Source of the DNA: Bugula neritina
Lineage: Eukaryota; Animalia; Bryozoa
Direction: 5' to 3'
NCBI GenBank assembly: GCA_964035545.1
Contig: OZ037766.1
Coordinates: 27,759,673-27,823,672, forward strand
DNA: 64,000 bases
Shown one piece after another: positions 15,101-27,287 of the stretch (positions are counted from its first letter, which is position 1; every line of letters starts with the position of its first letter). Below the pieces are notes generated by a model that ran no database searches, was not told the origin of the DNA, and saw only the letters and a program-made list of their open reading frames with translations. The position numbers were made by a program, and so were the translations under genes.

Positions 15101-16875
15101 GCCATGTAATGAGGTTATATTATACAATCACAACTGTCATAGAAAATCCTCATAATAATACACTAAAATACAAACTATTTTCAACATTTGTTGGCTATGA
15201 TTCATAGTTTGATGGTTTTATATTGAAAATAATGACTAAATGAGTATAACCACAAGATAAAGATTACCGATTAAGTTTAAGTAAAACTATAACATTATGA
15301 TTAATATTATCATTAAATTTAATGGTTAAAATTAAATTAAACTTTAATTTATTTTTAAATTGTTTTCAAATTCTCTATTAATTAGGAAAAAGTTCAATAG
15401 GCTACTTTTCGCTATTTCCCGATATGTTGATCATGATAAAGTCACTATTTCTTTTATAATATTAATTGTATTCACTGTGACTGTGAGCTTGAGATCCAAT
15501 GTGAATATCTTGTTTCTTTAGTTAGACTTGGATATACATCATACAAGTTAATCATATTGTTTACTTTTTCACTGAAAACAAGAAAAACTTTTTTGATTGT
15601 TGCCAGCGTCAAAATCAAGGACCTTTTTTCCAGCTGCTGTTTTCAGCAGCTTTACTAAATTAAAATTATTATACGAGTCTACTAAGTGCTCTTGCTATCG
15701 TGTCAAATATACTACTTTTGCCATTTTCAAAGTGCTGATATCAGTGTTGTTTCAGTAACACTAAACTAGTTTTTTGCATTTATTTGCTATTTTTGATTTT
15801 GTTTACATTCGTATTTAGTTACATATTTCATTCAGTATGCTGACCTTTTCATTAACACCTGCCTTTGTAGATGTTGCTTTAGCTGGAAGGTCGTTTTATA
15901 TGATGACCCATTTTGTGGTTGTTATTTGTCGTTATTTCCATTCTCACCACAAGTTTGAATATCCAATTGTTTCCCCATAAATATAATGCGACTATTTTTC
16001 ATGATTCAAGACTCGAGCCATCTTATTATTTATCAAACCGCTCTGCGCTTCAAACATGAATATTATCAAAACCAATATATTATAATCAAATGCATGAGAA
16101 AATGTAGATTTGTATCATAATGTCAGTTTTTGAAAGTGCAAATATAAAATGCAGTTTTTGAAATCAATAGGGGGGATTAGTAGTGAACGTTTATGACAGA
16201 GTGTAATGGTATGAAAAAAGTTTGGAGCACTGGTTTAAAGTATACTTTTTTTTCTTCTGGTGCAATAGTTGAAAGTTGACATATGAATGAAGATTACGGT
16301 TTGATTATATTTTGAGCAATTTAGTTTTAAAGTACTAATTGAAAAATTATTTGCATGGTGCCTTGTCTATAAAATTTTGTGATTGTTATTCAAATCTGAG
16401 TTGCCTGATTTTGGTAATTCTGTAATAATTCTTCTGTTCTATATATATCTTAACGTGTGATATACAAAAGAGCAGCTTCACATTGTTTTGGTTTAGTGAA
16501 TCCACAAATTGTAGCATCCATGTAGCTCCATCTGCAGACATAGTAAAGGCATAACTTCAATTTTTTTCTCAATCTCTTTTTTTTTTGTCAGTTTGGAACA
16601 AAGCATAGATCTGCTTCTTCAAAATCTCTGTTAAATTAGTTGTTTTTTTCAACTTGTGAAGCAGCTAAGAGGTTAACTTCTAGTAGTTCATATCCATGAA
16701 CTTGAATTTTACCCACTTTTATTTACAAAGCTTCATTCAGCCACTCGGTAGGTTTATTATGCTTCCTCTATTAAGATAATAAAATTGATCTCATGCATGT
16801 AACATTATATACATATAAAATCGCGTACAATCAACTGCAGTCTTGTAAAGTCAAGCACAATGTTCAAAAACTCAC

Positions 16876-17609
16876 CTTGACTCTTGACCAGGATAATTTG
16901 TTCAGTGAAGTGCACAGCCTTCTGGAGGTGCAACTCAATTTCCATGCGTTTTCTGTTGGAGTTGATCCTTTTGAAGATCTTCTCAGCTGCCTGGAAATTG
17001 GCTTCTTGCTCTTTTTCAAGATGATGCTGAGCCTGTAACAAAGATTTTCACACATTAAACAATTTGAAGCCAACTCAAATGAATCATGTGGAATTCAACC
17101 AATCAGGGTCGTTGTGCAAGTGAAGTATGCGACTGTGTGTCGCCAAAGAGAACACAACTCTTTTGTGTAACATACTGAAGCAATTTATTGGAGAGGGGGA
17201 GGGAGTGGGGGTTACCAAACACGGCATTAGCTGGCCTACTTTACTCTACCACCAAAAAATTTCCGCATCTGTTTTAAATTATCATTGGAATTAGGTGGCA
17301 TTATTATAGTTAGGCCATATTGTTGCAATTAAATTGGTGAGGAAAATTAACTTTTCATATGACAAAGACAATAATATCTTAGGACTTGGTGCATAATAAA
17401 TTCTGCAAGATTCCCAACTTTATAAAGTAAATAACACAAATAAACATCAAGCGGTGTCATACCATTCGTTTGTAGCGGTGGCCATCATCATCATGCTTCC
17501 TGCTGAAAGCAATGCTGGCCCTTCTTTCATACTTCTTTCTCTCTTCCAGGTGTGTTACAGCCTCAGCTCTGTGCTCTTTGTAGCCAGCATTACTTTCGTA
17601 CGCCAACCA
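16876..17609 (-). pseudogene. DUF1771-Smr module copy, subfamily A, catalytic motif damaged
   Basis: Open 147-nt DUF1771 exon 17609-17463 (WLAYESNAGYKEHRAEA...RASIAFSRK...GHRY). Smr exon 17032-16876 carries an in-frame 9-nt deletion that turns DLHGLHP into ELHL. Only an acceptor stub of the TGRG exon remains near 16255. Confidence 0.75.
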
Positions 17610-18667
17610 CTGCCGAAACACAGAACAGTTGCTTGTACAAATTAGCTAAAGTCCATATGATATGTTGGTGTACAATAAGACTAAGAACTATGCAATGATA
17701 ACTCGATCATTTCATTAAAGAATTATTACTTTAAAATTTTACATTAACATTATTTTAAGTATTGTTACTAGCATGCAGATTGTAATATCGAATTTATAAT
17801 ACTGTAACGCACTTTCCCATAACGAATAAAAGAAAAATATATTTATTTAAATGACAGCTGAATTTCAGCACCAAAAACTGATGTGATAAAATGTGCTCAC
17901 TCACGTCACCACCAGCTAACGACTTTTGAAATTCTTAATCAATCCACATTTTTTGGGTTTATTTTTTTAAAAACTCTTTCATTGCTTCTGCAACAGCTGC
18001 ACCAGTTACCTTCTATATTAAGTCATCCAGTACCCATAAACCTTTTATTTTTTTTTAAATTTTCAGTTAAAGTTTAGTTGTTGTAAGCATGACATCTCAA
18101 GGGAAGCTTGTGCTGTGTAATACCAGATTGTATCAAGTGGTTTTCTAGATACAAACTTTGAAAATTTTTATGCAAATCTGCAAACCATTGGCTTTCTTTT
18201 TGTTATTTCGAACGTCAACAAGAATCCTATGATATGTATTTTACCTCAGTTTAAAGAGGAGCTAGTTTTGCAGTATTTTTGTAAAAATAAATAACAATTG
18301 TGGTGAAGCTATATGGAATTGGAAAATTTCATAATTCATATTATTGCTTCTTTCCTTGATAATGATAATTTAACTAGCAGTGGTCTCAATTTTTTCTGAC
18401 CCCGCTTTTTTCTCTTTTTTGAGCCTTCGTAAATTTAGCTTTAGCTGGAAAGTCATTCTATGATGACGTCTTGTCCTGTGGTTGTTATTTGTCGTAACTT
18501 CCATTCTCGCCAAAATTTTGAATATCCAGTTGTTTCCCCATAGCTATCAGGCTACTATTTCTTATGATTCAAGACTCGAGCCTTTTTATTATTAATTAAA
18601 CCACCCTGTGCTTCATACATAAATAATGCACAAAGTTTATAACCCAACAATATTAATCATGCCAAAT

Positions 18668-19051
18668 ATGACTGGAAGAGGAAAAGGAGGCAAGGCAAAG
18701 GGAAAGAGCAAAACCAGGTCTTCAAGTGCCGTCATGCAGTTCCCAGTTGGAATAATTTACCGTCTGCTCAGAAAAGGCAACTATTCCAAAAGAGTGGTTG
18801 CTGGTGTCACAGTTTACCTGGCAGCTGCAGTGGAGTATCTAGCTGTTGAGATACTCGAGTAGGCAGAAGACGCTGCCCGTGACAAGAAAACACGAATAGT
18901 TCCCCGACATCTGCAATTGGCCACCAGGAAGGACGAAGAGCTGAGCAGACTCTTGACGGCAGGTGTCACCATTATAGCTCAGGGCAATGCAGTCTTGCCC
19001 AATATTCAGGCTGTGCTGTTGCCCAGCAAGACCAAAAAAGCTGCTGCTTAA
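18668..19051 (+). pseudogene. H2A: Divergent histone H2A copy with one internal stop codon
   Basis: [19 protein letters not shown]...QFPVG...LLRKGNY...[16 protein letters not shown](TAG 18860-18862)[20 protein letters not shown]...DEEL...[19 protein letters not shown]. Intronless. No canonical histone 3' stem-loop seen. Confidence 0.9.
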
Positions 19052-21479
19052 ATACTGAAACTACCCAACCCCATAATGACTTGATCGTTTCCATGGGGTG
19101 CTCCATTGACAGGTCTAGGATTTTCAGAGGCTCCATTACTTGGTACCAGCTGCAAATTTTTTCAGTTTTTTGTAAGAGTCCGCGACAAATTAAGTCACTT
19201 TTAAAGTATGAAAATACAATTTGCTGGCAATAATAGCAGTTTACAATTTACAACTTTTCATTAAAACATTAAAACTTTTCATCCACTATATGCCAAACTA
19301 TAAAAAAGTTAACATTCATTTCAGTCAGAAAGTCAGCTGGTATTCGTTTAGTGCTGGTAGTTCTAATATGAAAATATTTTTTTCTAACACCACTTTACCA
19401 GTTGTGCACCTGGTAATTTCTTGGCAAAGTATCAATTTTTTTCAATGTTTTTAATCTAGCTCTTTGAAAAAACACAGTAACTACATCTTTTAGCTATTTA
19501 TGATCACTATCCTTATATGCAGACACATTTTTTTTCAGTGTTGATGATTTATTTTTTTCTCTGGCTGAGACCTACTTGTTTTATAGCCAGAGGGACGCCG
19601 TAGCCCGACAAACTGTAGAAATTCAAGTTGCAGTTTCTATGAGCTATACATTGATCATGACTGAATAATTGACTGTGACCTTGACCATGAATATCTTATA
19701 GAGCTTGCTTGCAATTCTTTGATTTTTCACAACCCCGACATCCTATGCATATTGAACTTTCTTTTTGGTTCTTCACAATGATCACCAGTACAAATTATGG
19801 ATATATCCATATATTTTATGGGACATTTATCCTACTCCTCCACATACATTCATTTTTCTGATTTTTCTCTGTTGACATTACCCTCTGGATTTAATTAATA
19901 TCAAATGCTTTGCCTTAATACAGTAAACCTCCTCTTCGCAATTGTGACACGTTTTAACAGCTTCATGAATAAGAATATTGTCGAACCAAACCATATACGC
20001 CTAAAAAATTTATGCTTTTTTATACAGTTCTCTAACTTCATTTGAAGTATTACATTCAGAATTATGTACTACCTTTTTGGTTTCTAATTTGTCACCTGCA
20101 GATGCCATTGTATGTCTGTCTAAAGTCCTGTTCAGTGTGCTCAGTTACCAAGTTATTGACGCACTCTTCTAGCCTCAGCATGGCTACTTGGTGGCAGGCT
20201 GTTGGTAATAGTTTGACTTGCTCCCCAAGTCTTTTAAAAAATATTGTGTGGATATTTGGGCACAGGTGTACTGTTATCACCTAATTTTGCAGCAATCACA
20301 TCGAGCATGTTAGTAGCAGTATTTATTGCGCTAGTCATTAAACCATCTATTTTTCATTTTCTTGGTCTTTCTTGCTCCTCTCTATTCCCTGAGCTTGTAC
20401 TTGATAAAAATATTTAAAAAATTTTGATAACATGTAACTAAAACGTAGCATACTTACTACGAATAAAAATGAAGTAACATAGTAGGGAACTTGAAAACTC
20501 GCAGCCTTATTGAGAGATGAGTGGCTTTCTTTACGTATTGAGCTTCCAATAGATAGCAAGAATTTAAAATTTTTCCAATATGCCCCCCCTCGGTTCAAGC
20601 ACTTCTTGTGCACTTGCACCAGATGAAGATGTACTAGTTCTTTGTATTTTCGAAATTTCTTTAAAATAGTCTCGTATATTCTGCCACTTTTTTGTCGCTG
20701 TTTTGGCTGCAAAAAATCAATTGTGGTAACGTTAGCTTCCTTGATCTGCTTCTTCCTAAGAATTGGCCTTATAAACAGGACTGCAGGTTGGTGATGAGTT
20801 TATTTTCAGTAGACTTGATAAAACAAATTTGTTACCTGCAGATGACATTGCGAGTTTGTCTGAAACAATTGGACAAGCCTAAAATAATGAAACTTTAAAT
20901 GTGTATTCACTCCTCTCTATGTGACAATTATAAGACAAATGCAATGCTTGCCCTTTTCTCAGAGTTTCAAGTTCAAAAATTTACTGTATAGTTTCAACTA
21001 AACAAGGATTCAGTAAAATAATGAATATTAGGTACAGCCAGCTCAAGTCTTTCTTACAAAAAAATATATTATTTTCTCATTCATCTGTATACCATAGAGA
21101 TGATGAGCATGAACAGAATTTAACAGTTATCTGATAAGTTGTTGAAGTATCGCTCAGAATTATGAGATTTTAGTAAAGTTAACATGGGTTTTAATAGAAC
21201 CTCGGCAATAACAGAAAAATATTTTTGTAATCATTTTTTAGTTTTGCTTTCTGTATTTCAAATCGACAGTTGCAGTAAGGTAGGAAAGTTAAGGCCAGTT
21301 TCTTTAGATCCTTAGTAATGAGGCAGACATAGTTTTTGGAATAATAGTTACTTTAAAATTTTGTATTTTAACTCAACAGAGAATGTTTACCTGAAGCAAT
21401 GCTCTACTTATAGCTACGCAACAAGTGTTCTTCTCTGATTAGTTGAAATAGGTTAGCTACTTGGAAAAATCAAATCAGA

Positions 21480-21805
21480 TATAAAGCAATGCTGACTCTT
21501 ATTTCAAACTTTCTCTTCTTTTTTACTGGTGAGTAACAGCCTCAGCTCTTAGCCCTTTATAGCCAGTATACTAATTCTATCTCAAACCACTGTTGGTGCA
21601 CAAGACATATCTGCATACATGGGCACAGAAATGTTAAAAACATTACCTAAATGGTTGGCCACCATAATTTGCTCTGCCACATACACAGGCTCATGGGTTG
21701 AGGGCTGTGCAGGTCAACCCATTTTTTAGAGTTGTTGTAGTTGATAATTTTGGAAGCTGCCTTGAAAGTAGCTTATTTTTCTTTATTATGGTGAAGCTGA
21801 GCCTG
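21480..21805 (-). pseudogene. Degenerate DUF1771 and Smr exon relics, subfamily B
   Basis: RAEA-type segment (GCTGAGGCTGTTACTCAC) and VDLH segment with stops. Near-identical blocks occur at ~26075-26392 and ~39200-39521. Confidence 0.6.
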
Positions 21806-22039
21806 TTGATAAGAGGTTTACACAATAAATAATTCAAAACAACCTATAAGTGGATTCTCTCTAGTCTTTTTACCACTTTCTGATTACAGACTATGAGCCA
21901 TCACTCGTGTCATCGTGTGACTAAACATAACAAGTAGACAAAAATGTCCATATTGCTGTCATTTATGTTAAGTGTTGTTGTTAAACATAGACAGCTATAA
22001 CATATTATATCTTAGTGTATTGTTAGTTACCAGTATTTC

Positions 22040-23294
22040 ATATTGGTAACCAACATCATACTGCTTCTTCCTTGAAGCAGTATGGGATTTTTCTTTGTAT
22101 TTCTCTTCCAAATGAATGAGAGCCTTGGCATACAGTGTCGAAAGTCATGGCTTTTTTTCATACTTTTTTCGCTCCTCCATATGAATAAGAGCTTCTGCTC
22201 CGAATTTGCTGTATCTAGCATTACTCTCATACTCCATACTCCTTTGGAATGTTTCCCCCGGCCAGTTATCAAGTGGATGTACTTCTCTTTTCCTGGTACA
22301 ATAGTGGAGGATTGCCATATTTATGAAGATCAGCAGTGATGTACTTATAGCATAGATATACTCAAATAGATAATGGTAAATATTGCACGATCCGAGATTG
22401 ATACACTATAATTTGAAAATGTTTACATATTTATATATATATATATATGAATTTCAGTAGGATGTATTTACACAAAATGTTCTAAAAGACAGAAATAATG
22501 GCCAAAAGAGGTGTGCATGGGCACAGAAATTCCGCTAATAGCTCTACTTCAAAAACTCACTCCGACGTTTGACCAAGATGCTTTGCTCAGCAAAATGCAC
22601 GGCCTCCTGGGGATGAAGGCCGTGCAAGTCAATTTCCAGGTGTGTCTGTTGGTGTTGTTCCTCCTGAAAATCTTCTCAGCTGCCTGGAAATTGGCTTCTT
22701 GTTCTTTTTCAAGATGATGCTGAGCCTGTAACAAAGATTTTCACACACTGAACAATTTGAAAATAACTCTATCGAATCATGTGGAATTCAACCAATCAGG
22801 GTTTGTGCAAGTGAAGTATGTGACTGTGTTTCGCCAAAGAGAACACAACTCTGTTGTGTAACATACTGAAGCAATTTATTGGAGAGGGGGGAGTGGGGGT
22901 AACCAAACACAGCATTAGCTGGTCTACTTTACTTTACCACCAGAAAATCTATCTTAAATTATCATTGGAATTAGGTGGCATTATTATAGTTAGGCCATAT
23001 TGTTGTAATTTAAATTGGTGAGTGAGGAAAATTAACTTTATATCTGACAAAGACAATAATATTTTAGGACTTGGTGCATAACAAATTCTGCAAGATTCTC
23101 AACTTTATAAAGTAAATAACACAAATAAACGTCAAGCGGTGTCATACTATTTGTTTGTAGCTGTGGCTATCATTATCATGCTTCCTGCTGAAAGCAATGC
23201 TGGCCCTTCTTTCGTACTTTCTTCTTTCTTCTAGGTGAGCTACAGCCTCAGCTCTGTGCTCTTCGTAGCCAGCATTGCTTTCCTTTGCCAACCG
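22040..23294 (-). pseudogene. DUF1771-Smr module copy, subfamily A, frameshifted and chimeric
   Basis: Open DUF1771 exon 23294-23148. Smr exon 22725-22561 is 165 nt against 166 nt in intact copies, a frameshift before DLHG. TGRG exon starts at 22292, breaks after KHSKG and runs straight into DUF1771 fragments of other subfamilies. Confidence 0.75.
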
Positions 23295-26074
23295 CTGTTA
23301 AAATACAGAACACATGCTTGTACAAAATAGCTAAAGTCCATATTATAATAATTATGTTGGCGTAAAGAAGACTGACAACTCCACCAGTTTACAAGCAACT
23401 TGGACTAAATTGTGCTTCACTTGTTATTATTCGGGTTATTTAAGCAATGCTACTAAGCAAAGTTCACCTTAATTATAGCTTTATTTAATCACTAAAAACA
23501 AGAAGTAAAACTGTACAACATTAGAGAAACACGTTACATAATTGAAAGTAAAATAACACAATTTGACACTGATAAATACAAGCTTTGACTGCCGGCTATT
23601 CAAACAAACTAGCTGCCAGCTCAAGTTGTTAGGCTCCTCCTACTAGCTAATTGTCAATAGCATCCATCCCAATATATTACTAATTGTAGGCCTATAGTGA
23701 ATAAGTCACTGGCTCCGCTGATTGGTTTTTACGGTCATCAATTACTACGATAGTTAATCTGCTGCATGTGTATGCATCGTTTCATATGCATATAGAGAAG
23801 AAGAGTGAGGAGTTGTCCTTTCGATACCATAATACAAAATTCCTACAATATTCAGAATTATGTACTACTTTTTTGGTTTCTAGTTTGTCACCTGCAGATG
23901 CTATTGTATGTCTGTCTAAAGTTCTGTTCAGTGTGCTCGGTTACCAAGTTATTGACGCACTCCTGTAGCCTCAGCATGGGTACTCCGTGGCAGGCTGTTG
24001 GTAATAGTTTGACTCACTCCCCAAGTCCTTTAAAAAAGTAGTCTAAGTGTGGATACTTGGACACAGGTGTACTGTTATCACTTACTTTCACACAATGACA
24101 TTGAGCATGTTAGTAGAAGCATTTAATGCCCTTGTCATTGAGTCATAATTTTTTTTTGGTCTTTCTTGCTCCTCTTTATTCACTGAGCTTGTACTTATCA
24201 CCTGCAGATGCCATTGCAAGTTTTTCTAAAACAAACAGACATAGCCTAAATAATGAAAATTTAAATGTATATTCGCACAGCTCTATGTGACAATCATAAG
24301 ACAAATGAAATTATAATAATTATCTTAAAGTGCATGGTAACTTCTGCAGGTTTCTTAACTTCATAAAATAGAGCCAACTTGAAGTCAACACAAATCACCA
24401 TGAAGCGGCATCATTCCATGCGTTGGTAGCGGTGGCCGTCATCATAATGCTTTATCCTAAAAGCAATGCTTGCTCTTCTCTCATAGTGATATCCAACTAA
24501 AAGATTTACACTCGCCATAGTTCGAAAAAAACAAGGATTCAGTAAAATAATAAATATTAGAGGCAACTAGTTGAAGTCTTTTTTTTTACAAATAAGATAT
24601 AGTTCTTACTTATCTGTATACCATATAGATGATCAGCATAAACGGAAATTAACAATTACCTGATAATAGAACCTCGGTAATAATGGAGACATAGTTTTGC
24701 AATAGTTGTGTAGCTTTGATTTCTGTAGTTCAAATTGACAGTAGACTGAATTTTTACATAGAGCACTGCTTTATTTATAGCTACAAAACAGGTGTTCGAT
24801 TTCGATTGGTTGAAATAGGTTACCACACAAAATATTTATACACTCAAGATCTGCTATACTACAATGCTAATTTTTGATCTAAGCTATTTTGTTTGAAGAA
24901 TTATTATGGCCACCTTGTTTACTACTTCTAAATCTATAACAGGCATATAGATTTGAGAGTTAATAAGTCTCATACTGATCTTGTTGCATTTTCAGGCCCA
25001 TTATGAAATCATTAAATGTTTTGTTTATACTCTTTCATTTTTTCTAACGACATTGAGTTTGTATAAGCATGTTTTTTCAAAACCTACAGATTTCATGATC
25101 TGCTACAGACATCATCTCCGAGCATACTGCTCACATCTGTGCTTTTTTGCAGTCACTACATTTTATATCAACTAGTCAATTCCTTAACATTTTTTTGTAC
25201 CAAACCATTGCTTTTGTCATTGAATATACAATCATAGCAGTTTGTTTGTTATTCACTGCCTGTGACGTCTTCAGTTGGCGCTGTTTTGCCTGAATATTTG
25301 AAAGCTGACCCAGCGTTAGTTTCCTTGATCTGCCTAAGAATTGGCCTGGTAAACAGGAATGCAGGTTGGTGAGTTTATTTTCAGTAGACTCATTGCGAGA
25401 GGTTCAACTTGATAAAACAAATTTGTTACCTGCAGATGCCATTGCGAGTTTGTCTGAAACAATTGGACAAGCCTTAATAATGAAAATTAATGAAAATTTA
25501 AATATATGTTCACACATCTCTATGTGATAATTATAAGACAAATGCAATGCTTGCCTTTTTCTCAAAGTTTCAAGTTCAAAAATTTGCACTATAGTTCCAA
25601 CTAAGCAAGGATTCAGTAAAGTAATGAATATTTTATACCACCAGCTCAAGTCTTTTTTACAAAAAAGATGTTATAATTCTCATTTATCTGTATGCCATAG
25701 AGATGATGAGCATGAAACAAATCTAACATTTGCCTGATAAGTTGTTGAAGTATTGCTCAGAATTATGAGATGGTAGCAAAGTTGACATCGGTTTTAATAA
25801 AACCTCGGCAATAACAGAGAAATAGTTTTGTTATCATTTTTTAGCTTTGGTTTCTGTATTTCAAGTCGACAGTAGGGTAGGAAAATTAACGCCAGTTTCT
25901 TTAGATCCTTAGTAGTAAGGCAGACATAGTTTTTGGAATAATAGTTTAGAATTTTGTATTTCAACTCAACAGAGTGAACGTTTACCTGAAGCAATGCCTT
26001 ATTTATAGCTACAAAACAAGTGTTCTATTTTGATAAGTTGAAATAGGTTAGCTACTTGAAAAAATCATATCAGG

Positions 26075-27124
26075 TGAAGCAATGCTGACCCTTCTCTGAA
26101 ACTTTCTTTTCTTTTTCTGGTGAGTAACAGCCTCAGCTCTTAGCCCTTTATAGCTAGTTTACTAATTCTATGGCAAACCACTGTTGGTGCACAAAACACA
26201 TTTGCATACATGGGCGCAGAAATGTTAAAAACATTACCTCAATGCTTGGCCAGGATAATTTGCTCCACCCCATACACAGGCTTATGGGGTGAGGCCCGTG
26301 CAGGTCAACTCCTGTTTTGGAGTTTGTGTGTTTAAAAATTTGGGAAGCTGCCTTGAAAGTAGCTTATTTTTCTTTTTTATGATGAAGCTGAGCTTGTTGA
26401 TAAGTTTACACTGTAAATAATTCAAAACCAGCTATAAGTGGATTCTCTCCAGTCTTCTAACCACTTTCTGATTACAGACTATGAGCCATCACTCGTGTCA
26501 TCATGTGACTAAACATAGAACGAATAAAACAATGTCATTTTAATAAACTAGTGTGTTACATTAAAATTTTCACTTTAAATTGTATGACAAGTACCTAGTC
26601 ATGCTTTTTACAGAAGAATTTTAGCCTGTAAGACAAATTTTCAAATATTAAATAATTTCAAACCAATTGTAATAGTGCTATTATGTTACTAATACCTTAA
26701 CACTTTAGTTGCCTAATTTAGGTTAGATATTATTTGCAGGTCTGCTATATTGCTGTAATTTATATTGTTAAGTGTTGATGTTAAACATAGACAATTACAT
26801 ATATTTTTGTGCATCATAACATCGTTAGGTTAGTTCCGGATGTTTCATACCGCTTCTTCATGAAAGCAGTATGGGTTTTTTCTTTGCCTATTCTCTCCTC
26901 CAAGTGAATGAGAACCTCGGCATACAGTGCACTTAAAACCAACAAATAACCATCCAGCGGTATCATAATGTTCTTCCGTAACGGTTGCCAACATCAAACT
27001 GCTTTTTCATAAAAGCGATTCCAGCCTTTTCTTCATACTTCTTCCGCTCCTCCATGTGGATGAGAGCCTCTGCTTTGAATTCACTATATCCAGCATTGCT
27101 CTCGTACATCTCCATATTGAACCA
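26075..27124 (-). pseudogene. DUF1771/Smr relics (subfamily B block plus orphan DUF1771 exons)
   Basis: DLHG-containing relic at 26237-26392. Open 156-nt DUF1771 exon 27124-26969 (WFNMEMYESNAGYSEFKAEALIHMEERKKYEEKAGIAFMKKQFDVGNRYGRT) whose donor reads TTATGA instead of GTATGA. Confidence 0.65.
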
Positions 27125-27287
27125 CTGTTGGAACACCAGACACATGCATTTACAAAGCGGCTAAGATACATATTTAGGTATGTTAGTCTGCAAAAAGAAT
27201 GACAACTCTACTTGTAGATTTAGACTTAACCGAAATAGACTAGGAACTATACAATAACAAACTATTGGTTAAATGCCAAGAACTTAC

